Part shown: positions 21,057-29,668 of the stretch, piece after piece
How positions within the stretch are numbered: position 1 is the first letter of the stretch
How the letters are laid out: each line of letters begins with the position of its first letter
Assembly (NCBI GenBank): GCA_965238075.1
Contig: OZ250173.1
Location: 2,144,001-2,208,000, forward strand
Direction: 5' to 3'
From: Candidatus Entotheonellaceae bacterium
Lineage (GTDB): Bacteria; Tectomicrobia; Entotheonellia; Entotheonellales; Entotheonellaceae
DNA length: 64,000 nt
The notes under the pieces: model-generated
The model's input: the letters and a program-made list of their open reading frames with translations, nothing else
What the model was told of the DNA's origin: nothing
Database searches by the model: none
Made by a program: the position numbers and the translations under genes

Positions 21057-22015
21057 TGTCTTCGTCGCCGACGCCGCTATGGGTGCACCGCTTGGCGGTG
21101 GCGCTGATGGTCGCCACGCTGCTGCTAATCGCCATCGGTGCCTCCGTTACCAGCACAGGCTCCGGGCTGGCGGTGCCCGATTGGCCGTTGTCCTTCGGGC
21201 AGGTATTCCCGCCGATGGTGGGCGGCGTGCTGTACGAGCACGGCCATCGCATGGCGGCGGCCGTGGTCGGCATGCTGACGGTTACCTTGATGGTCGTGAT
21301 GACCCGCTGGGAATCGCGGGCGTGGATGCAATGGATATCCCGCACTGCAGTGCTGGCGGTGGTATTGCAGGGGTTGCTCGGCGGCATCACGGTGCTGTGG
21401 CTATTGCCGACGGCGATATCGGTCAGCCACGCGTGTCTGGCGCAGGCGTTTCTTTGCCTGACCGTCACGCTTGCGGTGTGCACGGGGCCGAGTTGGCAAC
21501 AACGGTGGGCCAGTCGGGAGGAAGACTCGCAGCCGCGTCTGGTTGTGCTGGCGGGTGTCACCACGGGGATGATTTACGTGCAACTTATTCTGGGTGCCCT
21601 CATGCGGCACACCGGCGCCGGCTTGGCGATTCCCGATTTTCCGCTCGCCTTTGGCGGCTTGGTGCCGCCCTTGGATTCCCCGGCGGTGCTCATCCATTTC
21701 CTGCATCGCGTCGGCGCGTTGGCGGTGACGCTGTGCATCGCTTGGACCGTCTCGCGGGTCATTCGCCAGCACGCTGGCGAACGGCAATTGCTGCGGCCCG
21801 CGCTGACGTTGAGCGGTTTGCTGCTGGTGCAGCTCACGCTGGGGGCGCTGACCATCTGGACGCGCCGGGCGGTTCTGCCGGTCACCGCGCACGTGGCGGT
21901 GGGCGCAGCGGTTCTGGCGACAAGTCTGTTTCTCACCCTGCGAAGTTTGCACTTGCTGAACCTTCGTTTTGGGGCTCAAGAGCGGCATTTCTTGACTGAG
22001 CAGGTATCGGCATGA
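21056..22015 (+). CDS. ctaA: Heme A synthase (COX15/CtaA)
   Basis: GLAVPDWP, YEHGHR, SHACLA, HFLHR, TAHV. GTG overlaps the coxA stop with GGAGGAGG upstream. Confidence 0.9.
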   Translation: MSSSPTPLWVHRLAVALMVATLLLIAIGASVTSTGSGLAVPDWPLSFGQVFPPMVGGVLYEHGHRMAAAVVGMLTVTLMVVMTRWESRAWMQWISRTAVLAVVLQGLLGGITVLWLLPTAISVSHACLAQAFLCLTVTLAVCTGPSWQQRWASREEDSQPRLVVLAGVTTGMIYVQLILGALMRHTGAGLAIPDFPLAFGGLVPPLDSPAVLIHFLHRVGALAVTLCIAWTVSRVIRQHAGERQLLRPALTLSGLLLVQLTLGALTIWTRRAVLPVTAHVAVGAAVLATSLFLTLRSLHLLNLRFGAQERHFLTEQVSA

Positions 22016-22923
22016 CAGGACTGCAACTGGCCACACCGCGCGTTGAAAGCACGCCCCTCGTCCACAAGGTGCGCGACTATCTGGTGCTCGCCAAGCCGCG
22101 TGTCGTGGTCATGGTGATGGCGGTGACGGCAGTGGGCTATTACCTGGGCGCGCTTGGCGCCCCGGACTGGTTGCGCCTGCTGCATCTCATGTTCGGAACG
22201 GCCTTGGCGGCGGGCGGCACCCTGGCCCTGAACGCTTATGTTGAGCGCACCGAGGACGCCTTGATGAGTCGCACGGAGTTGCGGCCCCTTCCGGACGGTC
22301 GCCTGGAACCAACAGCCGCTTTGCGTTTTGGTCTTGCCGCCGCCTTGATCGGTTGTTCTTATCTGTTGATCATGGTGCACCCACTTTGTGCCGCTCTCAT
22401 TGCGCTTACCACTCTGATCTACCTGTTCGGCTACACGCCGCTCAAACGCAGGACCTCCCTCTGTACGCTTGTCGGCGCCATTCCCGGCGCCTTGCCGCCC
22501 GTGGTCGGATGGGCCGCGGCGCGCGGCACGCTGGTGGGCGAGGTCTGGATCCTGTTCGCCATCCTGTTTCTGTGGCAACTGCCCCATTCGCTGGCCATTG
22601 CCTGGTTGTACCGTGAGGACTACACCCGCGCAGGGTTCCGTCTCCTGCCGGTGATTCACCCGGACGGCCGCAGCACGGGGCGCCACATCGTTATGAATAA
22701 TCTGGCCCTCCTGGCCGTCGGCCTGCTGCCGACTCTGGTCGGCCTCGCCGGCACCGTTTACTTTGTCGCTGCCTTTGTCCTGGGCCTGATGTTCCTGGGA
22801 TTCGGTCTCGAACTGGCGCTCGTCCGAACTACTGCCGCGGCACGGCGCCTGTTGCTGGCCTCACTGGTGTATCTGCCGGTGATGTTCTTGTTCATGGCAC
22901 TCGATAAAGTGCCGCAGTTTTAG
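22012..22923 (+). CDS. ctaB: Protoheme IX farnesyltransferase (heme O synthase)
   Basis: LAKPRV, DALMSRT..RPLP.G, YTPLKR, GAIPGALPP, LWQLPH, YREDY. Confidence 0.95.
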   Translation: MTGLQLATPRVESTPLVHKVRDYLVLAKPRVVVMVMAVTAVGYYLGALGAPDWLRLLHLMFGTALAAGGTLALNAYVERTEDALMSRTELRPLPDGRLEPTAALRFGLAAALIGCSYLLIMVHPLCAALIALTTLIYLFGYTPLKRRTSLCTLVGAIPGALPPVVGWAAARGTLVGEVWILFAILFLWQLPHSLAIAWLYREDYTRAGFRLLPVIHPDGRSTGRHIVMNNLALLAVGLLPTLVGLAGTVYFVAAFVLGLMFLGFGLELALVRTTAAARRLLLASLVYLPVMFLFMALDKVPQF

Positions 22924-22934
22924 CAGGTAGCGAG

Positions 22935-23042
22935 ATGGCTTCCGACACGAAACGGCAACAGAACCGCTGGACGGCGGGCGCCTTGGTGCTGCTCCTGCTG
23001 GCGTTGTTTGGGGTGGCTTTCAGCCTGATGTTGTCGCGTTGA
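22935..23042 (+). CDS. 35-aa single-TM microprotein in the cox operon (below the ORF-track cutoff)
   Basis: MASDTKRQQNRWTAGALVLLLLALFGVAFSLMLSR: basic N-terminus plus hydrophobic helix; fills the ctaB-coxC gap. Confidence 0.6.
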   Translation: MASDTKRQQNRWTAGALVLLLLALFGVAFSLMLSR

Positions 23043-23078
23043 TGCAAAGGGTGTTCATCGTGTCCGAAGGGGGAAACG

Positions 23079-23786
23079 ATGGCCGAAGACATGTCCGCAA
23101 CCGCTACGCTGGAGCCTGCGCTCGAAGAGGTTGAATCGGACGTTCGCCCGCAGGGGCCGCCGCCGTTCTTTCCTGAGCCGCCCGGCGGCTCGGGGGGTGA
23201 TGACCGGTTTGGCGATGACGACGATCACGCCGGTCCGCCGTTAAGCAATGCCTACCTGGGGCTGCTGATCTTCCTGGGCGCCGAAACGATGTTCTTTGCC
23301 GGGCTGATTGGCTCGTTCCTGGTCTTTCGGGTGGCTCATGAGGTATGGCCGCCGGCAATGCTGCCGCGTTTGCCGGTGGGGGCTACGGGTGTCAACACGC
23401 TGATTCTGCTGGCCAGCGCCCTGACGATGCGGCGGGCGAAAATTGCAATCCGCAGCGGCGGACAGCGCGAGTCGGTCCGCATGCTCTTGGTCACCGCGGT
23501 GCTGGGCATCACGTTTCTCCTCGTGCAGGGATACGAGTGGCTCCGGCTACTGCAGTACGGGCTGACCTTGGCGTCGGGCGTTTACGGCGCCACGTTTTAC
23601 GTTCTGGTTGGGTGCCATGCCGTGCACGTGCTCGGCGCCGTCATCTGGCTGGTGAGCGTGTTGTGGTGGGCCGTGCGGCGCCGTTACACGGCCAAGGGTT
23701 ATACGGGTGTGGCGCTGTGCGCCATGTACTGGTATTACGTGGTGGCGTTATGGCCCATTCTTTACGGGCTGGTTTACCTGTATTGA
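23079..23786 (+). CDS. coxC: Cytochrome c oxidase subunit III-family protein (first paralogue)
   Basis: FLGAETMFF, NTLILLAS, QGYEW, LVGCHAVHV, MYWYYV. Confidence 0.88.
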   Translation: MAEDMSATATLEPALEEVESDVRPQGPPPFFPEPPGGSGGDDRFGDDDDHAGPPLSNAYLGLLIFLGAETMFFAGLIGSFLVFRVAHEVWPPAMLPRLPVGATGVNTLILLASALTMRRAKIAIRSGGQRESVRMLLVTAVLGITFLLVQGYEWLRLLQYGLTLASGVYGATFYVLVGCHAVHVLGAVIWLVSVLWWAVRRRYTAKGYTGVALCAMYWYYVVALWPILYGLVYLY

Positions 23787-23839
23787 TCACAGCGGTGGCG
23801 CTGGGGCCACCTGACATTCTCAGGATAGGGAGATAAACA

Positions 23840-24115
23840 TTGCAGATGCGCAGGCCAGTCAAACGGATTGTCGCAGTGATCGTGTTTGCGGCGGGGTTGC
23901 TGCCGGCACTGTCGCACGCTTGCAGCGTTTGCTGGGGAGCGGATGATGCCCTCGCGCATGGCCTGAACGTCAGCATTCTTTTTTTGATGTCGATGCCTTT
24001 CTTGATTGGCGGGTCGATTGTGGGTGTTCTGTTCGTCGCTCAGCGACAGCATAAGGGCCGGCGTCGGTCGATACTCGGAAGCCTCATCCCGATGCAGAAG
24101 GAGCGTGTAAAGTGA
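23840..24115 (+). CDS. Small membrane protein with CxxC after a signal peptide
   Basis: SHACSVCWG followed by one TM helix; GTGA overlap with the next gene. Confidence 0.65.
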   Translation: MQMRRPVKRIVAVIVFAAGLLPALSHACSVCWGADDALAHGLNVSILFLMSMPFLIGGSIVGVLFVAQRQHKGRRRSILGSLIPMQKERVK

Positions 24116-24723
24116 GTGAAGCGGTTGCGATGCAGAACGAGTCTTATGAAACGCCTCTGACTCCCGAAAGTTGGGGCAAGCTCGGGATGTGGGTTTTTCT
24201 GGTTGGCGACGCCATGTCATTCGGGACGCTGCTGGCGGCTTACGGCGCCATGCGCTACAGCAGTGGCGACTGGCCCATTCCGGCTGACGTTCTCGGCGTT
24301 GCCTTATCGGGTTTCATGACCTTTCTGTTGATCTGCAGCAGCGTGACGATGGTGAAAGGGCTTGAGGCGGCGCAGAGGAACGATCTCGACGGCTTCCTGC
24401 GCTTCATCGGCCTCACCATCCTGAGCGGCGCGATCTTCCTGGGCTTGCAGGCTTATGAATGGACGCACTTCATCCACGGCGGCCTGGGATTCGCTAGCAA
24501 TCCCTGGGGCTCGCCGTTGTTTGGCACCACGTTTTACGTCATCACGGGCTTCCACGGCATGCACGTGACCGGTGGCGTCATCTATCTGTCGTGCATCTGG
24601 TTCAAGGGCCGCAACGGCGCCTATTGCGGCGAAAACGCTTCACACGTCGAAATTGCCGGGCTGTACTGGCACTTTGTGGATTTGGTGTGGATCATGGTTT
24701 TTACCTTCATATACCTGTTGTAG
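24112..24723 (+). CDS. coxC: Cytochrome c oxidase subunit III-family protein (second paralogue)
   Basis: GKLGMWVFLVGD, ITGFHGMHV, GLYWHFVDLVW. Confidence 0.92.
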   Translation: MSEAVAMQNESYETPLTPESWGKLGMWVFLVGDAMSFGTLLAAYGAMRYSSGDWPIPADVLGVALSGFMTFLLICSSVTMVKGLEAAQRNDLDGFLRFIGLTILSGAIFLGLQAYEWTHFIHGGLGFASNPWGSPLFGTTFYVITGFHGMHVTGGVIYLSCIWFKGRNGAYCGENASHVEIAGLYWHFVDLVWIMVFTFIYLL

Positions 24724-24745
24724 AACGGAGGAGGAGAGCAACAGC

Positions 24746-25069
24746 ATGGCCGAGCACCATCGGGCAACCAATTACTGGGCGGTGTGGGTATGGTTAGCCG
24801 TTCTCACCATTTTTGAAATCGGCGTTACGTTGATTCCGGAACTCGCGACGCTTTACAAAGCCATTCTGCTGGTCGCCTTGGCGGTGGGCAAAGCGTTTTT
24901 GGTGGCGCTGTACTTCATGCACCTACGCTTTGAAACGCGTACGCTGGGGGCAATCGTGTTGACCCCCTTTGTAATCTGTGTGTTTCTCGTTTTTATGCTG
25001 ATGCCCGATGTCGGTTTCGAGCCGCGCGAGTCGCCCATACGTGCGGAGCACGTGGAATCGGATCATTGA
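24746..25069 (+). CDS. coxD: Cytochrome c oxidase subunit IV-family protein
   Basis: YWAVWVWLAVLT..E and KAFLVALYFMHLRFE; strong SD GGAGGAGG. Confidence 0.88.
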   Translation: MAEHHRATNYWAVWVWLAVLTIFEIGVTLIPELATLYKAILLVALAVGKAFLVALYFMHLRFETRTLGAIVLTPFVICVFLVFMLMPDVGFEPRESPIRAEHVESDH

Positions 25070-25106
25070 TGCCCTGGGACGACGGCATTGAGCCCGGGCG
25101 GGAAAG

Positions 25107-25541
25107 GTGGCGGACGGATTCGTTATGGTCGCTCTATCGACTTGGCCGTTGTTGAACGCCGTCTTGAATGGCACCAGCGCCCTGCTCCTCAGCAGCGGTT
25201 TCGTCGCCATCCGTCGCCGCCGAATAGCGGTCCACAAAGCGTGCATGCTGACCGCCTGCGCGACGTCGGTTCTGTTTCTCGTGTCGTACCTGCTGTATCA
25301 CTATCAGGTCGGTTCTACGGCTTTTACCGGGCAGGGTACGATTCGGGTCGTGTACTTCACCGTGCTGATCTCGCACACCGTTCTCGCGGTGGTGATTGTG
25401 CCGCTGGTCATCATGACGCTGCACCGGGCGTGGCGGGAGCAGTGGCCGCGTCATCGGCGGCTGGCGCGTTGGACATTCCCCCTGTGGCTCTATGTATCCG
25501 TAACCGGTGTGGTCATCTACATCATGTTGTATCAACTGTAA
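25107..25541 (+). CDS. DUF420 (CtaM-like) membrane protein
   Basis: LNAVLNG, HKACM, FLVSYLLYH, LISHTVLA, HRRLARWTFPLWLYVSVTGV. Confidence 0.9.
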   Translation: MADGFVMVALSTWPLLNAVLNGTSALLLSSGFVAIRRRRIAVHKACMLTACATSVLFLVSYLLYHYQVGSTAFTGQGTIRVVYFTVLISHTVLAVVIVPLVIMTLHRAWREQWPRHRRLARWTFPLWLYVSVTGVVIYIMLYQL

Positions 25542-25595
25542 GCGCCTCAAGTTCCCCCGTCCGCGGGGAAGTCGCATAAAAACCGGAGGGTAGGT

Positions 25596-25937
25596 ATGAG
25601 ACGCCTTTGGAATCTCCTCGACGTTTTCTTCTTCGCTATTGTGATCCTGGCCTTGGCGATTTGGCAGTTCAAGCATGGCACCAGCGGCGAAATGATCGTT
25701 TCCGCGTTGGCGATTCTCGGCGGTATCGGCTTGCTGTTTACCGGTCGATGGGGTCTTGTGCTCACCTGCATCGCGCTGCTCTTGGCGATCGCGGTCTATT
25801 TCTGGCAGATGTGGTACCAGCCGATTATCGAGGAAGACATCAATCTGGTGCTGCCGAACGTCTGGAAGATGCTCGTCGCCATCGTCCTGTTCATCTACAT
25901 CGGCCGCGAACGTATTGACCACCGCATGGCCTCGTAG
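25596..25937 (+). CDS. Hypothetical 4-TM membrane protein
   Basis: Strong SD GGAGG; four hydrophobic segments. Confidence 0.7.
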   Translation: MRRLWNLLDVFFFAIVILALAIWQFKHGTSGEMIVSALAILGGIGLLFTGRWGLVLTCIALLLAIAVYFWQMWYQPIIEEDINLVLPNVWKMLVAIVLFIYIGRERIDHRMAS

Positions 25938-25974
25938 GCGGGTCAGTGGTTGAGCGCCGGCAGGTCCCGGCTCG

Positions 25975-26346
25975 GTGGCCGGGATGACGTTGAAGCGGGC
26001 GCTGGGACTGCTTGGCCGCGGCCTGCGGCTGCGTTGTCCGCGCTGTGGAGCCAAGACGCTCTTCCGCAAGGGCTTCGCCATGCATGAGCGCTGCCGTGTC
26101 TGCGCCTATCGCTTTGAGCGCGAGCAGGGTTACTTCGTCGGGGCGATGTACATCAATTACGGCGTCACGGTGCTCATCATCGTGGTCGGCTACTTCGCTC
26201 TGGAATGGTGGACGCCTATCACCCTGGCCCAGCAGCTCGCTTTGTGGTCCGGCGTCGGCATCATCCTGCCGGTGGCTTTCTTTCGGCAAGCGCGTGGATT
26301 GTGGTTGGGATTCGACTACATCTTCAATCCCGGCGAGGACGACTGA
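25975..26346 (+). CDS. DUF983-family protein
   Basis: RGLRLRCPRCG...LF...CRVC...EREQGYF plus two TM helices. Confidence 0.85.
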   Translation: MAGMTLKRALGLLGRGLRLRCPRCGAKTLFRKGFAMHERCRVCAYRFEREQGYFVGAMYINYGVTVLIIVVGYFALEWWTPITLAQQLALWSGVGIILPVAFFRQARGLWLGFDYIFNPGEDD

Positions 26347-26381
26347 TTCAAGCCCGCCGGGGGCGAACCACTGGAGCCGCC

Positions 26382-26912
26382 ATGTTCACGGGCGCCTTTG
26401 ACGTTCTCGTCTCCTTCCGGGTGCTGATTCTTTGCCTTCACGTGCTGGCCGTGTTGACCTGGGTCGGGGGTCTGGTCTACCAGGTCATCGTCGTCTTGCC
26501 GGTGGTTGGAAAAGGCATCGCCAGCGTCGCCTCGCTGCGCATCGGCTTGGGCTGCGAGGCGCGCTTCCGAGCCGTGATGTGGCCCGCGGTGGGTATTGCG
26601 CTGTTTACCGGATTGGTGAACCTGATGAACGTCTGGAACGGCCTGCGTCAGGTTGGCGCCAGCCTTCCGGCTGCTTTCGCGTCGCTACTGGTCATCAAGT
26701 TGCTGCTGGTTGCGGGCATGATCCTTTTGCAGGCTGGTCAGCAGTTCGTGGTGTATCCCAAACGCCTGGGCTTGATGGCTCAGGTGGCGCCGGACGCAGC
26801 GGTGCTTCCGGCCGATCTGGCGATCTGGCAACGCCGGGCATTCTGGCTGCATGTCGCCACGGTTTGTCTGGCTGTTCCGGCCATTTTGTGCGCCCTTCTG
26901 CTGCGCGGCTAG
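26382..26912 (+). CDS. CopD-like membrane protein
   Basis: LHVLAVLTWVGGL, FTGLVN, LVIKLLLV. Confidence 0.65.
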   Translation: MFTGAFDVLVSFRVLILCLHVLAVLTWVGGLVYQVIVVLPVVGKGIASVASLRIGLGCEARFRAVMWPAVGIALFTGLVNLMNVWNGLRQVGASLPAAFASLLVIKLLLVAGMILLQAGQQFVVYPKRLGLMAQVAPDAAVLPADLAIWQRRAFWLHVATVCLAVPAILCALLLRG

Positions 26913-26936
26913 GGCTTGCGGCGGGCGCCTTTCGGC

Positions 26937-26966
26937 TTGACGCAAGCCGCGCCGGTTGCATACAAT
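26937..26966 (+). promoter_or_regulatory. Candidate sigma70 promoter upstream of the soluble cytochrome c / USP module
   Basis: TTGACG-18 bp-TACAAT in intergenic DNA. Confidence 0.55.
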
Positions 26967-27080
26967 GGCCCCGTTCTTTCATCCATTTACAATACCAGCC
27001 AAGTTTGCGTTACGTGGGGTAACACACGGCATTTGAGTGACCTGTCAGCGGGTACAGGGAGGAAAGGAGAAGTAGGAATC

Positions 27081-27698
27081 ATGCGAGTGTTAGTGGGGCT
27101 TATCTGTCTTGGCTTGTTCGTTCTTCCGGCACTGGCTGCCGATAAAATTGCCGAGCGGGTTGCCAAAATGGACATTTCAGAAGAACAACTGTTCGCAATC
27201 GGTGAGACGCTGTTCAACACGGAGGGCGCCAACACCTGCCTGAAGTGCCACGGCGCCGGCGGGCACGGCGGCGACCAGGCCGGCGCGGCCGACCTGCGGC
27301 ATCCGCGCACGTGGCGCTCTTATCAGGCCCTCGGCGGCGACGAAGCCTTTAACGCTGACAAGGACGCCTTTCTTGCCAATATGGCCACCGTCATCCACTT
27401 CCTCATCCGCGCGAGCGCCCCGATCTGGAACCTGCGCTTCGCCAAGTCCCACAAGGATATCGAGATGGATTGGTCGCAGGTGACCATCCCCGACAAGGTC
27501 GACAAGTACAACAGCATGATGAAGGGTATCACCTCCGGCCCGATGAAAAAGGCCCTGAAAGCCATGGCCAAGCAGTTCAAGGCCGACAACGGCACAAAGC
27601 TCAAATCAAAGGATCAGAAAGACGTGGCGGCCGTGGGCGCCTATTTGTATGTCCGCTCTTTCGATGATGGTAGCGACAAGGCCGGGGTGTTCAAATAA
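27081..27698 (+). CDS. Periplasmic monoheme cytochrome c, Lys-rich
   Basis: Signal peptide ending ALA, CLKCH, candidate distal Met (NSMMKG). Confidence 0.85.
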   Translation: MRVLVGLICLGLFVLPALAADKIAERVAKMDISEEQLFAIGETLFNTEGANTCLKCHGAGGHGGDQAGAADLRHPRTWRSYQALGGDEAFNADKDAFLANMATVIHFLIRASAPIWNLRFAKSHKDIEMDWSQVTIPDKVDKYNSMMKGITSGPMKKALKAMAKQFKADNGTKLKSKDQKDVAAVGAYLYVRSFDDGSDKAGVFK

Positions 27699-27768
27699 CC
27701 GCTCGTCAGGGAAGCGTGTGTGAGGGCTTGGTGGTTGGTTGTTGGGAAGCTCAAACGAAGGAGAGGCG

Positions 27769-29592
27769 ATGTTCAAGAAAATCTACGTGCCTGTTGATAA
27801 TTCCGAATACGCGAATCACGCCATCGATCTGGCGTTGACACTTGCCAAGCCCTGGAATGCCACCCTCGTGGGCAGTCACGTCTACGCTGCCAAGATGCAC
27901 GATTACCGCTTCAAGCAAATGGAATATACCCTGCCGGAGGAATACCAGGACGAGACCGAGCTGGAGCGGCAGCGCAAGATTCACGACTCGCTCATCACCC
28001 TCGGGTTGCGGCTCATCTCCGATTCCTACCTCGATGTCCTGAAGGCGCGCTGCGAAGAAGCGTCCCTGCCGTTCGAGGCCAAGACGTTCGACGGCAAGCA
28101 CCACAAGGTCCTCGTGGATGACATCGCCCAGAGCGACTACGACCTGGTTGTGATGGGAGCCCTCGGCATTGGCGCGGTGAAGGAAAGCCAGCTCGGCAGC
28201 GTGTGCGAGCGCGTCGTTCGACGGGTGCAGCGCGACGTGCTGGTGGTCAAGAATTTCCGACCGCCTACCGCCGGAGACAAAATCCTCGTCGGTATCGACG
28301 GCAGCCCGCAGTCCTTTGGCGGCCTCAAGACGGCCATCGAGCTGAGCAAGACTTACAACAAGCCCATCGAGGCGATCTCCGTTTACGACCCCTTCCTGCA
28401 CTATGTTGCGTTCAATGGCATCGTCGACGTGCTGTCGGAGCAGGCTTCCAAGGTCTTCCGCTTCAAGGAGCAGGAGCAGTTGCATGAGGAGATTATCGAC
28501 ACCGGCCTGGCCAAGATCTACCAGTCCCACCTGGAAGTGGCCCGCGACATCGCCCGGCAGGAGGGTGTCGACATCGAGTTGACGCTGCTGCCCGGCAAGG
28601 TGTTCGAAAAGGTGTTGCGGCATGCCCACAAGATCCAGCCGTGGCTGTTGATCCTCGGGCGTATCGGCATTCACAGCCAGCGGGACGAAATGGACCTCGG
28701 CAGCAATACCGAAAATCTCCTGCGGCTGGCTCCCTGCCACGTCCTGCTTTCCAGCAGCGTGTACGTGCCGCCGCTGGATCAGCGGGCCGAGGAAAGTGTC
28801 AACTGGACGGAAGAGGCCGAAGCGCGCATGGAGCGCGTGCCGCCTCTGGTCAAGGGCATCGCCCGCACGGCCATTCTGCGGTTCGCCATGGAGGGCGGCA
28901 ACTCGGTGGTCACGTCGGACGTCATCGAACAGGCGATGGTCGCCTTCATGCCGGGATATACCGGCAAGATGATGGGCAAGGCGGCCAAGGTGCTGGCCAT
29001 CGACAAGGTGCGGCAAGAACCCGCGTTGACCTACATCTGCTCGTCGTGCGGCTACACCGCCAAATCGGCGAATCCGGCGCGATGCCCGGTCTGCAGCGCC
29101 ACTGCCGAGCAGTTCCAGGTCATTGATCGTCAGGTCGTGGAGGCGATTGCCGAGGCCGAGGGAACGACCCTGGAAGAGGCCGCCTTCGACGGCAAGAAGC
29201 TGAAATGGTCGGCAGAAGCGCGGCGCGCCCTGCGTGAAGTGCCGGACGCCTATCTCCGGCGGCGTGCCAAGGCGCGCATCGAAAAGGCGGCGCGCATGCA
29301 GAAGCTGCCGACCATTACCCGCGACCTGGCGCTGCCGTTTATCGACGAGACGGTCGGCAGCGACCGCCTCGACGCCACCGGCTCCGCCGAAGCGGCTGCC
29401 GCCGCGCCTGCTGAGAACGGCGAGCGCCGCCCCGTGCCGCGCCCGTCGCAGCCGCTGCGCACCCAGCCGGGCGTTTCTGATAATCCCGCCCTGGACTGGA
29501 CCAATGATGACGGCAACCTGAACGAGATTGGCGCCGGCCGGGTCGTGATTACCTCGATGCCCGCGCATGGCGATTCGGACAGGGGAGAGTAG
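27769..29592 (+). CDS. Tandem universal stress protein fused to PCP_red - rubredoxin-like - PCP_red domains
   Basis: Two USP starts (KIYVPVDNS, KILVGIDGS), WTEEAEARMERVP, CSSCGY...CPVC, WSAEARRALREVP. Confidence 0.82.
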   Translation: MFKKIYVPVDNSEYANHAIDLALTLAKPWNATLVGSHVYAAKMHDYRFKQMEYTLPEEYQDETELERQRKIHDSLITLGLRLISDSYLDVLKARCEEASLPFEAKTFDGKHHKVLVDDIAQSDYDLVVMGALGIGAVKESQLGSVCERVVRRVQRDVLVVKNFRPPTAGDKILVGIDGSPQSFGGLKTAIELSKTYNKPIEAISVYDPFLHYVAFNGIVDVLSEQASKVFRFKEQEQLHEEIIDTGLAKIYQSHLEVARDIARQEGVDIELTLLPGKVFEKVLRHAHKIQPWLLILGRIGIHSQRDEMDLGSNTENLLRLAPCHVLLSSSVYVPPLDQRAEESVNWTEEAEARMERVPPLVKGIARTAILRFAMEGGNSVVTSDVIEQAMVAFMPGYTGKMMGKAAKVLAIDKVRQEPALTYICSSCGYTAKSANPARCPVCSATAEQFQVIDRQVVEAIAEAEGTTLEEAAFDGKKLKWSAEARRALREVPDAYLRRRAKARIEKAARMQKLPTITRDLALPFIDETVGSDRLDATGSAEAAAAAPAENGERRPVPRPSQPLRTQPGVSDNPALDWTNDDGNLNEIGAGRVVITSMPAHGDSDRGE

Positions 29593-29620
29593 GACCGATC
29601 GGATTCCGTTATCGTTTCCT

Positions 29621-29651
29621 GTGAGGGGCATGGGCTTGCCATGCCCCTCAC
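29621..29651. repeat. Perfect 13-bp-stem intergenic hairpin (REP-like)
   Basis: GTGAGGGGCATGG-gcttg-CCATGCCCCTCAC. Confidence 0.7.
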
Positions 29652-29668
29652 GTTCGTTTAGGAGCCTT

